Of a stretch of 64,000 bases of DNA, positions 13,101-25,994 are shown piece by piece. The stretch's first letter is position 1. Every line of letters begins with the position of its first letter. Below the pieces are notes generated by a model that was given only the letters and a program-made list of their open reading frames with translations, had not been told where the DNA came from and searched no databases. The translations under genes and the position numbers were made by a program. This DNA is from Octopus sinensis (taxonomy: Eukaryota): positions 139,252,001 through 139,316,000 of the forward strand of contig NC_043000.1 of the NCBI RefSeq assembly GCF_006345805.1, written 5' to 3'.

Positions 13101-13276
13101 CTTAGGACCAAAGAAATATTCATAGCTTTTCCATCTTGAAACGTGACAGGATTTCCTTTCAATTTTATATATTTATACATGTGTGTGCGTGTGTGTGTGT
13201 ATCTAAAAGCATCCATGCATATATATATATATATATATATATCCTCATCATAATATATATATATGTATATATATAT

Positions 13277-13500
13277 ACTTTTATTCTTTTACCTGTTTCA
13301 GTCATTTGATTGTGGCCATGGTGAAGCATCACTTTTAGGTGAACCAGTCAACCCCAGGAATTATTCTTTGTAAGCCTAGTACTTATTCTATCAAACTCTT
13401 TTGCCGAACTGCTAATTTACAGGGCTGTAAACACACCAACACCAATTGTCAAGCAATGGTAGGAAGTAAAATAAAACAGACACAAATACATACATACATC
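13277..13500 (-). mobile_element. SINE family A, 3' half
   Basis: tactttta...cagtcatttga...tgtcaagc matches the family 3' part. Confidence 0.8.
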
Positions 13501-13785
13501 ATCATCATCATCATCATCATCCTCATCGTTTAAACGTTCGTTTTCTATGCTGGCATGGATTGAACGGTTTGACTGAAGTCTGGAGAGCCAGCGGCTGCAC
13601 CAGGCTCCAATCTAATCTGGCAATGTTTCTACAGCTGGATGCTCCTTCCTAATGCCAACTGCTCTGAGTGTGTAGTGGGTGCTTTTTTGTGCCACCGGCA
13701 CAGGAGTCAGTCAGGTGCATCATATGGAGTCTCTACCCACACCTTTTCTACAAATTGAGCAGGGCCATCTACCTGAAGGGGTATA
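13500..13785 (-). mobile_element. RTE 3' end joined to a short internal PHD-coding piece
   Basis: (CAT)n tail and GGAAGGGCATCCAGCTGTAGAAAC-like motif, then ~65 bp matching 49645-49710. Confidence 0.8.
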
Positions 13786-14180
13786 TATATATATATATAT
13801 ATAATGTAATATATAAGCACTGTGAAGTTCAACAAATAAAGTTCAGAACCAGTAGTACATCCCACACTTTTCACCTATATCAAATGCAGTACAATATGGG
13901 ACATCAAATCATAGGATAGGATAGTGTGCAGAATATATGCTAATTAATAGTATAAAAATATAATAAAACATATTTGTTTGTTTTTTTTAAGCATAAATGC
14001 ATTTTCAGAACTCCTGACGAGGTGTTAAATGAGTTAACAATTTTTCAAAGAGAGAGATAATGTAACCTTGGTAGTTAATTTGCTGAAACATGTGTATGCT
14101 TTCAAACCATAAAGTACCATCTAAGCTTAATATACTATTAATACTATACACACATATGCAAACACACACACGCATACACA

Positions 14181-14390
14181 CATATTTGTACGTATATGCA
14201 TTTGTATATATATCCTTATACTCAAATGAACACACAAGCACACATACATACATATTTGTATGTATATGCATTTCTATATATATCCTTATACTCAAATGAA
14301 CACACAAGCACACATACATACATATTTGTATGTATATGCATTTTTATATATATCCTTATACTCAAATGAACACACAAGCACACATACACA
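14181..14390. repeat. 70-bp minisatellite, 3 copies
   Basis: catatttgta starts at 14181, 14251 and 14321. Confidence 0.9.
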
Positions 14391-14981
14391 CATATATCCT
14401 TCATAAAAATCTATCTGTGTGTCCGTTGTTGCTTTAGATTATCATTAATTTATAATTGCTTCTCATTTATTTGATGTAAATTATACAGGAAAAGCTGATG
14501 CTTTCTCTTTAATATTAAATTATCATTGACAGTAGACTTGTGTGCTGTTGTAATACACAAAATAATTTGTTTTTGGAAGTGTTGCATTATTTGGAAGCAA
14601 TTGGAAATGATTCATTGGTCTCACTTTATATCAATAGATCTTCTTTTGCAAGACAAATGGAGGCAAATTTTCTACAAACTCCAAAACATTATTAATGTGT
14701 TTAACATGTCAATTTTTCTACAGAAAACAATGTACTAAAGCTTCTAAAATAAATTTATAATGTAATGTGATTGACTCATTATGTAAATATCATCTTTAAC
14801 AGACTCATAAGTCACCAGACAGTAGATTTTGTGATTCATAGTTTCCTAACAAAAAACCATTCAATCTCCACACCTTCAAACATTTTTTTAACAAGACTTT
14901 CTAGTAATCATATAATTATTGAAAAGCTTATTACTTAAACATGAATTTTGCTGGTGGACTTGTAAGCAGGTCTGTTGCATA

Positions 14982-15382
14982 TACTCTTTTACTCTTTTAC
15001 TTGTTTCAGTCATTTGACTGCGGCCATGCTGGAGCAACGCCTTTAGTCGAGCAAATCGACCCCGGGACTTATTCTTTGTAAGCCCAGTACTTATTCTATC
15101 GGTCTCTTTTGCCGAACCGCTAAGTGACGGGGACGTAAACACACCAGCATCGGTTGTCAAGCAATGCCAGGGTGCAAACATATACACACACACATATATA
15201 TATATATAACATATATACGACAGGCTTCTTTCAGTTTCTGTCTACCAAATCCACTCACAAGGCATTGGTCTGCCCGGGGCTATAGCAGAAGACACTTGCC
15301 CAAGATGCCATGCAGTGGGACTGAACCTGGAACCATGTGTTTGGTTAGCAAGCTACTTACCACACAGCCACTCCTGCACCTA
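14982..15382 (-). mobile_element. SINE family A, full length
   Basis: Complete head-to-(TAAAAGAG)n tail. Confidence 0.9.
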
Positions 15383-15839
15383 TGTTCACTTTAATCAAAT
15401 TTAACACCCCACATCCCAGCTACACTGTCTAAAATTTGAGCAATGAGATTAAGTTGATCCATTTTTCTTGAAATTCAAATTATATAACTATTTCAAAAAT
15501 ACGTTCTTTTCTGTTAATGGTTTCAGTTTTTGAACTGTGGTCATACTGTAGCACAAAATAGAAGAGGTTGTAGTCAATCATATAGACCCAAGAAAAGGTG
15601 TATGTGCAGTATTTTGAAAGAAATCAATTGAACAATGATCAGCAGTGTGCCTCATCTTCTTCTTCATCATCATCATCATTACTGTCTTCATCACCATCAT
15701 TTTATTATGTACATTTCCATGTAGATTAAAATGAAGGACGTTGAATGAAAGAATTTTTAATTCCATTAGACATTCTAAAATACTATTAAATTTCATTCAA
15801 TTTCAAAAAAGGTAAAATTGGACAGAACTTATGGGATGA

Positions 15840-15892
<53 letters not shown>

Positions 15893-15962
15893 TATATAAT
15901 ATATATATATATTATATATATATATATAACAGAAATATTAAAATTACTAGTATGGCGATAAA

Positions 15963-16022
<60 letters not shown>

Positions 16023-16299
16023 CATACATATATAACATATATATACATATACACACACACACACACACAACACACATATATATATATATAACTTACAAAA
16101 TAAGGGTAAAAGAAAAATTCTAATGCCAAATATGTCGAAAAAAAGACAAAATTGTCAATAACCATTATAATTTATGTGTCTCGAAACAAGCCAATACAAA
16201 TTTCTAAAAAATCCGTTATTACCGTATTGGTCCCAAATTCGGGGTTAATTCATAAGAATTTTCCCCTCCTCAGCAATAAATACGTAAGATATAAATGAA

Positions 16300-16455
16300 A
16301 TACTTACTCATACCTATGGAAAAGGCAAGCACTAAGTCCTGAGCAGACCTAAGTACCCAAAATATATCCAAAATAGAAAATCTTCGGCACATCTCGAGAG
16401 ACACATGTGATTCGAACTAGAAACTTTCACAGAGTGAGAGAATCCGGAAGTGAAC
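16300..16455 (-). promoter_or_regulatory. Candidate promoter / first exon
   Basis: ETS motif CCGGAAGTG at 16444-16452, locally more CpG than background, and adjacent donor-like GTATGA and GTAAGT on minus at 16313-16302. Confidence 0.3.
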
Positions 16456-17049
16456 ACTATTAAATTTACAACTAATGTAGTATAAAAATTTTATCCTTCA
16501 TTAGTTGTTATATATATATATATTTATTGCCTGTAAAAACCAAATCTAAAAGAAGAAGCATACTATAATATTGAGCAGTATATATTAAAAATGTGGAAGG
16601 CCAATTTAAAGGCATATCATCAGATCCCAAAAAATATTTTTGAGCCAACAGGTTTTGGGTTTTGGACAATACATAGAAGCCTGTTTGTTTGCATCAGTGT
16701 TAAGTGTATTTAATTCAGTTAGACTGATCCCCTCCTTCTGCTGATCCCAGATATCATGTATGTATATTTTGACTTCTGCTGTCATCCAACTTATGTTTCT
16801 ACCTTAACTTACTAGAAGTTTACCACTACTTTAAGGAAATTGTGGGTATACATAAACACATGCACATATACGCAAACAAGCATACTAACACATTTTCAAA
16901 CAAAAACGCTGTTCATTTCTCCCTTAATCTATCACATATACTTATTCATATACATTCATATGCTCACATGTACACAAAGACACACAGTCTATATATCTTC
17001 ACAGAGACATACAGTCAAATACATCTGTATTAGCTTCAGATTTCACATA

Positions 17050-18089
17050 CACATACATTGCATGCACACACACATACACACAAACATTTTCGTACACACA
17101 CTACACACATATTACACATACATTGCATGCACACACACATACACACAAACATTTTCGTACACACACTACACACATATTACACATACATTGCATGCACACA
17201 CACATACACACAAACATTTTCGTACACACACTACACACATATTACACATACATTGCATGCACACACATACACACAAACATTTTCTTACACACACTACACA
17301 CATATTACACATACATTGCATGCACACACACACATTTTCTTACACACACTACACACATATTACACATACATTGCATGCACACACATACACACAAACATTT
17401 TCGTACACACACTACACACATATTACACATACATTGCATGCACACACATACACACAAACATTTTCGTACACACACTACACACATATTACACATACATTGC
17501 ATGCACACACATACACACAAACATTTTCTTACACACACTACACACATATTACACATACATTGCATGCACACACACACATTTTCTTACACACACTACACAC
17601 ATATTACTCATACATTGCATGCACACACACACACATACACACACACATTTTCTTACGCACACTACACACATATTACACATACATTGCATGCACACACACA
17701 CATTTTCTTACACACACTACACACATATTACTCATACATTGCATGCACACACACACACATACACACACACATTTTCTTACGCACACTACACACATATTAC
17801 ACATACATTGCATGCACACACACATACACACAAACATTTTCTTACACACACTACACACATATTACACATACATTGCATGCACACACACACACATACACAC
17901 AAACATTTTCTTACACACACTTCACACATATTACACATACATTGCATGCACACACACACACACACACATACACACACATTTTCTTACACACACTATACAC
18001 ATATTACACATACATTGCATGCACACACACACACATACACACAAACATTTTCTTACACACACTTCACACATATTACACATACATTGCAT

Positions 18090-18131
<42 letters not shown>

Positions 18132-18430
18132 ACACATTTTCTTACATACACTACACACATATTACACATACATTACATGCACACACACACACATACACAC
18201 ACAAACATTTTCTTACACACACTACACACATATTACATATACATTACATGCACACACACATACACATACACATTTTCTTACACACACTACACACATATTA
18301 CACATACATTGCATGCACACACACACACGCACATTTTCTTACACACACTACACACATATTGCACATACATTATATGCACACATACACACACACATACACA
18401 CAGTATACTCATATTACACATACATTACAT
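17050..18430. repeat. Minisatellite with a variable ~55-70-bp unit, about 22 copies
   Basis: Unit CATTGCATGCAC(AC)nATACACACAAACATTTTCKTACACACACTACACACATATTACACATA. Confidence 0.95.
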
Positions 18431-18684
18431 GCACACACATACACACACACATTCCTTCTCTCACACATAGTCACACATTCTTATATATGTGCATACATAT
18501 GCCTGCATACACATTCTCCTACAAATGCACACCTGCTCCCTCTTCCCTATCTCTCATACACACACAGACATACACACAAACACACACACACAACACACAC
18601 ACACACACACATTCAAATACATTTATATTAGCTTCAGAAAATTTATTCCTGAACACAACTTTCTATGATCAGATATCAAATGGG

Positions 18685-18963
18685 TCAACAGTTACAAGTT
18701 CTCACAACATATAGCATCCGAAATTTTTCTTCTAGTCCTCTTCCAATATTCACAAATAAATGGGAACCACAATATTGATAATTTCTGATTTGATTACTGG
18801 TAACAATATTGTTTCCCTGATTATGTAAATATATCAACTGTTGAACATTTGCATTGACTATATTGGACAAATTATTGCTAAGACTGCTGACATATGTTAA
18901 TGTATTCTTGGAACACTCTTGCAGGAAAGTGGTTCTAAGCCTTCCTATTGCTTTCCTTCTAAC
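18685..18963 (-). CDS. Putative terminal coding exon of an unidentified host gene
   Basis: gtgtttag|GTT acceptor; 93 codons VRRKAIGRLRTTFLQECSK...YCGSHLFVNIGRGLEEKFRMLYVVRTCNC*; non-repetitive composition. Confidence 0.5.
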   Translation of the reverse strand, partial: VRRKAIGRLRTTFLQECSKNTLTYVSSLSNNLSNIVNANVQQLIYLHNQGNNIVTSNQIRNYQYCGSHLFVNIGRGLEEKFRMLYVVRTCNC

Positions 18964-19500
18964 CTAAACACACTTTGTTATTGCTTTGTTTTCCAAGGAC
19001 ATATATGTGTGTGTGTGTGTGTGTTGTGTACATATACATATATATATATATATAGAATGGTTGTATACTGTCAATCTAACAATCCAATTCTATCGCCCCA
19101 CCACCGTACATCTCTCTACGAGAGATTTAGAAATTCAATATTTCTCATATATATATATATATTATATATATATATATATACATACATACATGCATTCATA
19201 TGCCAACTAATGAACTAACAATCCTCATGCCTTGTGTATGAGTGTTTGACTTTGTGTGTGTGTGTATAAATTTAATTAGAGGATATGTTAACCTCATGAA
19301 GAGACGGTTGCATCCAAGGAAATACTGGTTCAATACCTAGTGGTGTTGGGGAATGAAATTCCCTTGAAACAATAGGAATATGTTAAGCGTATAGTTTATA
19401 TCCAATGAAAAGGAAGAAAAGACAATGGAGAAGTCAATAATTGTTTATATATGTGTATATATATATGTGTGAGAGTGTGTGTGTGTATGTATATACATAT

Positions 19501-19912
19501 GTAGGAGTGGCTGTGTGGTAAGTAGCTTGCTTAAGAACCACATGGTTCTGGATTCAGTTCCACTGTGTGGCACCTTGGGAAAGTGTTTTCTGCTATAGCC
19601 TCGGGCCGACCAAAGCCTTGTGAGTGGATTTGGTAGACATAAAATGAAAGAAGCCTGTCGTATATATATGTATATATATATATGTATGTATGTGTATATG
19701 TTTGTGTGTCTGTGTTTGCCCCACCACCTCAACATTGCTTGACAACCGATGCTGATGTGTTTACGTCCCCATAACTTAGTGTTTCAGCGAAAGAGACTGA
19801 TACAATAAGTACTAGGCTTACAAAGAATAAGTTCTGGGATCGATTTGCTTGACTAAAGGCGGTGCTCCAGCATGGCCAGTCTCATGACTGAAACCAGTAA
19901 AAGAGTAAAAGG
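19501..19912 (+). mobile_element. SINE family A, full length
   Basis: Complete copy. Confidence 0.9.
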
Positions 19913-20106
19913 GAATATATATATATATATATAATACATTCATACATATTATATACATACACACAGGCACATAAAGGTATATTGCTACCCTACGGAACTA
20001 ATAGGTATGAACACATACACACATTCACATTGATACATACACACATACAAATATTTTTATATTAGCTTTGGAAAAGTATTTCCTCAATGCAGTATTCTAA
20101 TATCAC

Positions 20107-20135
20107 CTCTCCTGGGTAGGAATCTATGAGATGGT
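20107..20135 (-). CDS. Putative 29-bp exon of host gene
   Basis: ttcattgctttag|...|gtgata; phase 1 to 0, (Y)HLIDSYPGE, in phase with both neighbouring exons. Confidence 0.35.
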
Positions 20136-20227
20136 CTAAAGCAATGAAACTTCTACTATCTACACTAAGATTACTATTCTTCCAATGCACCAAGTTCACT
20201 TTTTGAAGGTTGACACATAGTACTTAC

Positions 20228-20290
20228 ATTTTTCTCTCTTTAATGTTGTATCTTCTCTCATTCTTTTACCAATCTTTTGTCCCTCATCTC
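20228..20290 (-). CDS. Putative 63-bp exon of host gene
   Basis: atactag|...|gtaagt; only the phase-1 frame is open (DEGQKIGKRMREDTTLKREK). Confidence 0.4.
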
Positions 20291-20489
20291 CTAGTATATA
20301 GTTGCTCTCTTTGTATTTTGTAGTCATACAAACTGCATGATGGCCTCTCTAGTGCTGGTGGCATGCAAAAAGCACCCTGTGCATGCCCTAAAGTGGCTGG
20401 TGTTAGGAAGGACTTCTGTCAATAAAAACTTTGTCAAAGCAGACACTAGCATATGATGCAGTAATGGTCATATATATATATATATATAT

Positions 20490-20680
20490 ATCATCATCAT
20501 CATTATTATCGTCATCGTTTAACATCCGCTTTCCATGCTAGCATGGGTTGGATGATTTGACTGAGGACTGGTGAACCAGATGGCTGCACCAGGCTCCAAT
20601 CTTGATCTGGCAGGGTTTCTACAGCTAGATGCCCTTCCTAACGTCAACCACTCCAAGAGCATAGTGGGTGCTTTTACCCT
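20490..20680 (-). mobile_element. RTE 3' terminal fragment
   Basis: (CAT)n tail, CCATGCTAGCATGG palindrome, family 3' motif. Confidence 0.85.
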
Positions 20681-21858
20681 TGGCAAAAATGCTATCATAT
20701 AGTTTATGTGTGCATGTATGTGTAAGTGAGTGAATGCAAAATTATTTTATATATAGTCATGGAATTGCAGAATTAGTACAACACTGGGCAAAACATCTTG
20801 TGGTATTTAACATAGGTATATTACATTTTCAGTTCCAATCCCATTGTGGTGAACTTTTCTTTATATTCTCCAGCATCATTAATATAATTACCAATTGAGT
20901 AATGTCATCAATTTAAACATCTGGCCTCAGGTCTATATAAGATATTAATACTGAGTTATTTTGTAAAGGCACAAGACCAATGTTTGCATTAATAGTGGCC
21001 AAGTAAATTGAATTGATGACAGAATTTTTTAATCTTATTTTGTTTAGAATAACTAAAAAGGATGTTAGATACCCAATGTGAATAATTTCCATGTGACATT
21101 TAACCCTTTCGATACTAACCTGGCTGAAGTACAAATATCTCTGGCTCTATAATACAAATATCTTGTTTTCATAAAGTTTGAATTAAAATCTTCCACCAAA
21201 CCTAAGTCACAATTTATGTTTCTGACACTAGCTTAATGATAACTAAGTTATTTCACTAAATTCTTTGTTATATTTAAAATCAATTAAAAAAAAAAACACA
21301 CAGAGCTTCTCGAAATAAAAACAGTAATGAAAGGGTTAATCTAATCTACTACTTGTCACTATTTCATAATTATTATTATTAATACCAATTTCCCCAAGAA
21401 ATCAATATCAGTCTCAAAAATATGAGGGCATTGCATTATAGACAAATGAATAAGATGTCAGTTACCTGGTTAAACTCGCCTAATCTTGTATTCTGCCAGT
21501 AGCATTCCAAACTATTTTCTTAGCAATCCAACAGATAAGGAAAAGAGACTTTGAAGCAGTAAATTAATTGGTAGTTGATATGTGGAGTTGATGCTTGTAG
21601 CTTGAGATTTGGATCTGTCTAGATATGAATAGATATGAATAATGTTATCAATATTTGCGATAAGCACAACAGTATAAGAAGTAACCTCCAGGTGATATAG
21701 CTTTGATTCTTAACTAAAGCTGTTGGACTTAGGGAAAAGTATGAATGTCCTATTTTTCAATATAAAAACCCAGTTTCAAGACTTAACAATATTGCAGCAT
21801 GATAGCAGAAATGGTAGAACACTAATCTCTAATTAACTTAAATTATTTAATTCCATAC

Positions 21859-21953
21859 CTTCAAAAAATCTATGTTCAAATTTCATAGGAATCAACTTTG
21901 CTTTCTTCTCCCATAGAGTCACTAGGTTGATGATTTTCTTGTCTATATTCCAT
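21859..21953 (-). CDS. Putative 95-bp exon of host gene
   Basis: tttatgccag|...|gtatgg; phase 2 to 1, WNIDKKIINLVTLWEKKAKLIPMKFEHRFFE. Confidence 0.45.
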
Positions 21954-21972
21954 CTGGCATAAACTTATATTA

Positions 21973-22202
21973 GGCGGTGAGCTGGTAGAATCGTTAGCAC
22001 CCCGGATAAATGCTTAGCGTTATTTCGTCTGCCGCTACGTTCTGAGTTCAAATTCCTCCGAGGTCGACTTTGCCTTTCATCTTTTCGGGGTCGATTAAAT
22101 AAGTACCAGTTACACACTGGGGTCGATATAATCGACTTAATCTGTTTGTCTGTCCTTGTTTGTCCCCTCTGTGTGTAGCCCCTTGTGGGCAGTAAAGAAA
22201 TA
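21973..22202 (+). mobile_element. tRNA-derived SINE family B, full length
   Basis: ggcggtgagctggtagaatcgttagc head, gagttcaaattc B-box-like motif, ...gggcagtaaagaaata tail. Confidence 0.9.
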
Positions 22203-22860
22203 TGTATAAACTTCATATTGATATATATAAAAAAAAAGTCAATAAGTCATTAAGTATTGTACAATCGCAATGGTAGAGCTGAGTTCTAATTAAGCTTAGT
22301 TCGCGGTTTCAATTTCTATTTCTTCTTAAAGTTATTTGGTTTTGCCTGTGTTGAAGAAACATTAAGGAAAGCTACAAGCATAGAACAGTATTCATTCAGT
22401 CTATTGGAGTAATATCTTTATAAGCAATCAGCATTCATTTTCTGACAAACGTATAAAAGGATGCATCACTGGTTATATATTTTTAATTGAGAACGATTTT
22501 TATATTCATGTGTTGAGTATACATATGATGTTGAGGAAAATATTACTCATTACCCTATAATGAATCATTGCATTAAAACTGACACCTTTGTTATCAGATT
22601 TTTATTCAAAGCAAGTTCAATAATTTTTCTCTAATACAACCAGAAATGTTTGGCTTGAAGGGCTCAAATCAACTGAAAATTGATCATGCGTCACAAACAT
22701 GACTTATTTATTTCCATGTATTTTATGTTATGCATTTTTGTCAATGATAGCATTGGCTATAGGTTTTCAATGGCTGATTCTTCTTTTACTGAATTTATGA
22801 TGACGGGCATGATAAAGAGGTGTCTGTGTAACTAAGGTGGAAGAAATACTACAATGTATC

Positions 22861-23263
22861 TGTAACAGGATAAGAGGTCCCCATACTGGATGGGTGCAGC
22901 TCGCTTCCTTTACATTAAAATATTAATCGAAGGAAAGAGTCAAGACTACTGGTTAACTTCAACAGCATAAATATTTTATTTCTGGATTCGCAATATATAC
23001 ATTCTTATTTCTGTGTGAATCGGCAGTCTCGGAGCTCATCGCAGTAGTCAAGTGGAGTGAGCCAAATCCTGTCCGTTCAAGCTTGAGAGAGATGCTAAAA
23101 TACGACTGTCCTGTTCGGCTGCCAGCATTCGAGAGGACGATACGAGGAAAATTTCACTGCTGCTAGTTTTCTGCATATGCGCATGAGGGAACTTCTGGTA
23201 GGCCTCCTGGAAGAACCAACTCTGCACATGCATGCTGGAGATTTCCAAGATGGTGTCACTACA
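22861..23263. mobile_element. Solo LTR (403 bp) with 4-bp TSD
   Basis: TGTA...TACA termini; TATC at 22857-22860 and 23264-23267. Confidence 0.85.
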
Positions 23264-23348
23264 TATCTTTGTTTTAATGCACCAGCACATAGGACTTTTT
23301 GCTGGTCTGCACAACTTTTGCTGATATATATTGACAAATATAAATACA

Positions 23349-23720
23349 CTAGCAGTATCGCCCGGCGTTGCTCGGGTTTGTAAGGGAAATAACTATAAAG
23401 CATTTTTAGAGAGTTATAGCCAAAAAATGGAAAAAAAAATGATGGTAAATTTTTTTTTAGTTAAAAAGGTCGAGTTGCATCACCTAGACAGTCTGTGGTT
23501 TGTGTTTCTGATTCTCGACCCCATGTCGAATTTATCGATTTTTTTCAGAACTGGGGGAACTTTTCAAAATTTTCGCTGTGTTAGTTTTGAATTATGACAT
23601 TGGGCTATGTGTGTGTCAAGTTTCATCAGAATCGGTTGAAAGCCGTGGTCAGGGTGAGTGTACAACCTAACAGACACACAGAAACACACACAGACAAACT
23701 GCCGTTTATATATAGAGAGA
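23349..23720 (-). mobile_element. Non-autonomous Helitron
   Basis: Minus: A|TCTCTCTATATATAAAC...CCCGAGCAACGCCGGG hairpin...CTAG|T; no TSD. Confidence 0.9.
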
Positions 23721-23882
23721 TATCATACATGCCTTCACACAATTTCTATCATCCACATGTTACAAAGCACTGGTATTCAATGATATGGTAAAATGCATTT
23801 CCTTAAATATTACATAGCAGGATTGAACCTGGAATCTCATGATTACAAAGTGCATAACTGCTTACTGTTACATTATTTACAG

Positions 23883-24024
23883 TATTTACATTCAACGGAT
23901 ATTTGTCCTCATCTTGTTTGTTGTTATCACAACGTTTCAGCTGATAAACCCTACAGCTTTCTTCAGGTGTCTTGGGGAAATTTCAACAAACAAGATGAGG
24001 ACAAATATCCGTTGAATGTAAATA
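23883..24024. repeat. Perfect 41-bp inverted repeat enclosing a hammerhead (PLE-type end)
   Basis: Arms 23883-23923 and 23984-24024 are exact reverse complements; a related fragment lies at ~29040-29120. Confidence 0.9.
23928..23969 (-). ncRNA. Minimal type-I hammerhead ribozyme, core intact
   Basis: CAC CTGAAGA A AGCTG TAGGGTTTAT CAGCT GAAAC GT T GTG; palindromic AACGTT stem III; GUU cleavage triplet. Confidence 0.8.
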
Positions 24025-24216
24025 ATGTACATAATTCCCATCTCTTAAATATAGAACTGCTTACTGCTTGTTATAATTTACTCTGTAGCGCTGGTTCAAA
24101 TAATTGTCTTAAACCTTCAAGTTTTATTGGTTACGTTCACATGAATCTAATTAATAAAACTTAACTTGGAAAAGCAAAAAGACATCCATAATTCTGTTTT
24201 AGACTGTATTTCTTAC

Positions 24217-24387
24217 TTCAAAGAATGATGAAATATTGATGTCATTTAAGATCTTGTAAGAATAATTGAATGAAGATTCTACAAAGTCACATCTTAAGAT
24301 AAGGTCAGATGACCAGTTTATGACAGTGCTTTTCAAAGTGAGCAATATTGCTCCCTTGGCAGGGAAAGGGAAGATTTTATAGGTATA
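24217..24387 (-). CDS. Putative 171-bp exon of host gene
   Basis: gtccacag|...|gtaaga; 57 open codons YTYKIFPFPAKGAILL...NISSFFE. Confidence 0.45.
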
Positions 24388-24530
24388 CTGTGGACTAAGG
24401 GAGCCACAGAGAGGGGAAAAGATGCATTCATGCATATTTTTTTGATTTTTTAGTTTTTGCCTCATATTTATGTTTACTTTGGAAGAAATTTACATTTATT
24501 TTAAAAGAAATTTAAATATAATTATTGGCA

Positions 24531-24936
24531 AAGAAGTGACTGTGTGGTAAATAGCTTGCTTACGAAACACATGGTTCCAGGTACAGTCCTACTGTGTGGC
24601 ACCTTGGGCAAGTGTCTTCTGCTATAGCCTCGGGCCAACTAAAGCCTTGTGAGTGGATTTGGTAGACGGAAACTGAAAGAAGCCTGTCGTATATATGTAT
24701 GTATGTATGTATGTGTATATGTTTGTGTGTCTGTGTTTGTCCCCTTCCTCCAAACATCACTTGATAACTGATGCTGGTGCGTTTACGTCCCTGTAACTTA
24801 GCGGTTCAGCAAAAGAAACTTATAGAATAAGTACAAGGCTTACAAAGAATAAGTCCTGGGGTCGATTTGCTCGACTAAAGGCAGTGCTCCAGCATGGCCA
24901 CAGTCAAATGACTGAAACAAGCAAAAGGGTAAAAGC
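24531..24936 (+). mobile_element. SINE family A, full length
   Basis: Complete copy. Confidence 0.9.
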
Positions 24937-25994
24937 GTATGATTAAATTAACCTCTGTTACAATAATGGTAAAGACAATAACCATGACAATCAACTATAA
25001 TAACTGACTTCAAAATGTGAATCCTTAAATCCTTAAAAATATTTTAGCCCATAAAATACTTCCTACACATGTAAATTATAAACAATAGCCAAAAGTTTAA
25101 ATTAAACATCATTACTAAACTTTTAGGGTATTTCTAAGCAAGCAGTAAAGAGAGTTACTACATCTGTGTCCTTAAGACACACCCTGACTGTTATATGTGC
25201 ATATATGCATTTGTACATGCGGCATATTTAATTTTACTGAATTATAGTGTGGTGTGGATGGCATTGACAAGGTGTTAACAAAAGAACAGGAACAATAGTT
25301 TTAAAAGTTTGAGAAACAATGATTATCTCATGGTATATAAGATATTTATGGTAATAAAATGATCTCAACCCTGATCAAAGCAAAGCTAGTGAAGGCCAAT
25401 CTTTAATTTTTTGTCTATGGAAAACATAAAGGATAAAAATGATATTTGCTTACATTTATCTAAATGCATTTATTACACATCATAATAACAGCTAAAATAT
25501 TGTAGTGCTTAAGTACACACACACACACAAACAGACACATACACACACACAAACACACACACACACAAACTCACACATACAAACATACACACATGCACTA
25601 CCACTCTCCATTGATAGAAATACTTAGGTACAAGGTCTGGATAGAGAAGGAATTATTTATACAAATTTGGGAAAAAAATTCAAGGAGGTTTTGAGACATT
25701 AAGAAACTTTAAAGGGACTTGAACAACAGATGGCATTAATAGAAGAACCCCTTCCACTTATGCAAGTATTTCAGCTTTTGATTCCTTAGTCTATAAAGGA
25801 GAGGGATTGCATCCAGGCCATGTATTTTGGATGCCCTTTTGCTTCCACATTTTGTAAAACTATTATTATATTCTATCTTGCAGCTTTCTGGATGGTCAAG
25901 TGCTCAAAAGCTAAGTCACTTTGAATGTTGTAACCACTTCAGTAGGGGACACCAGTTGTACATAAGGTAAATTATGCTTTCTCAAGTTCTGTTT

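Noticed and set aside
16840-18714. 470-624 aa His/Thr-rich ORFs
   Set aside because: Open in all three frames because the minisatellite lacks stop triplets.
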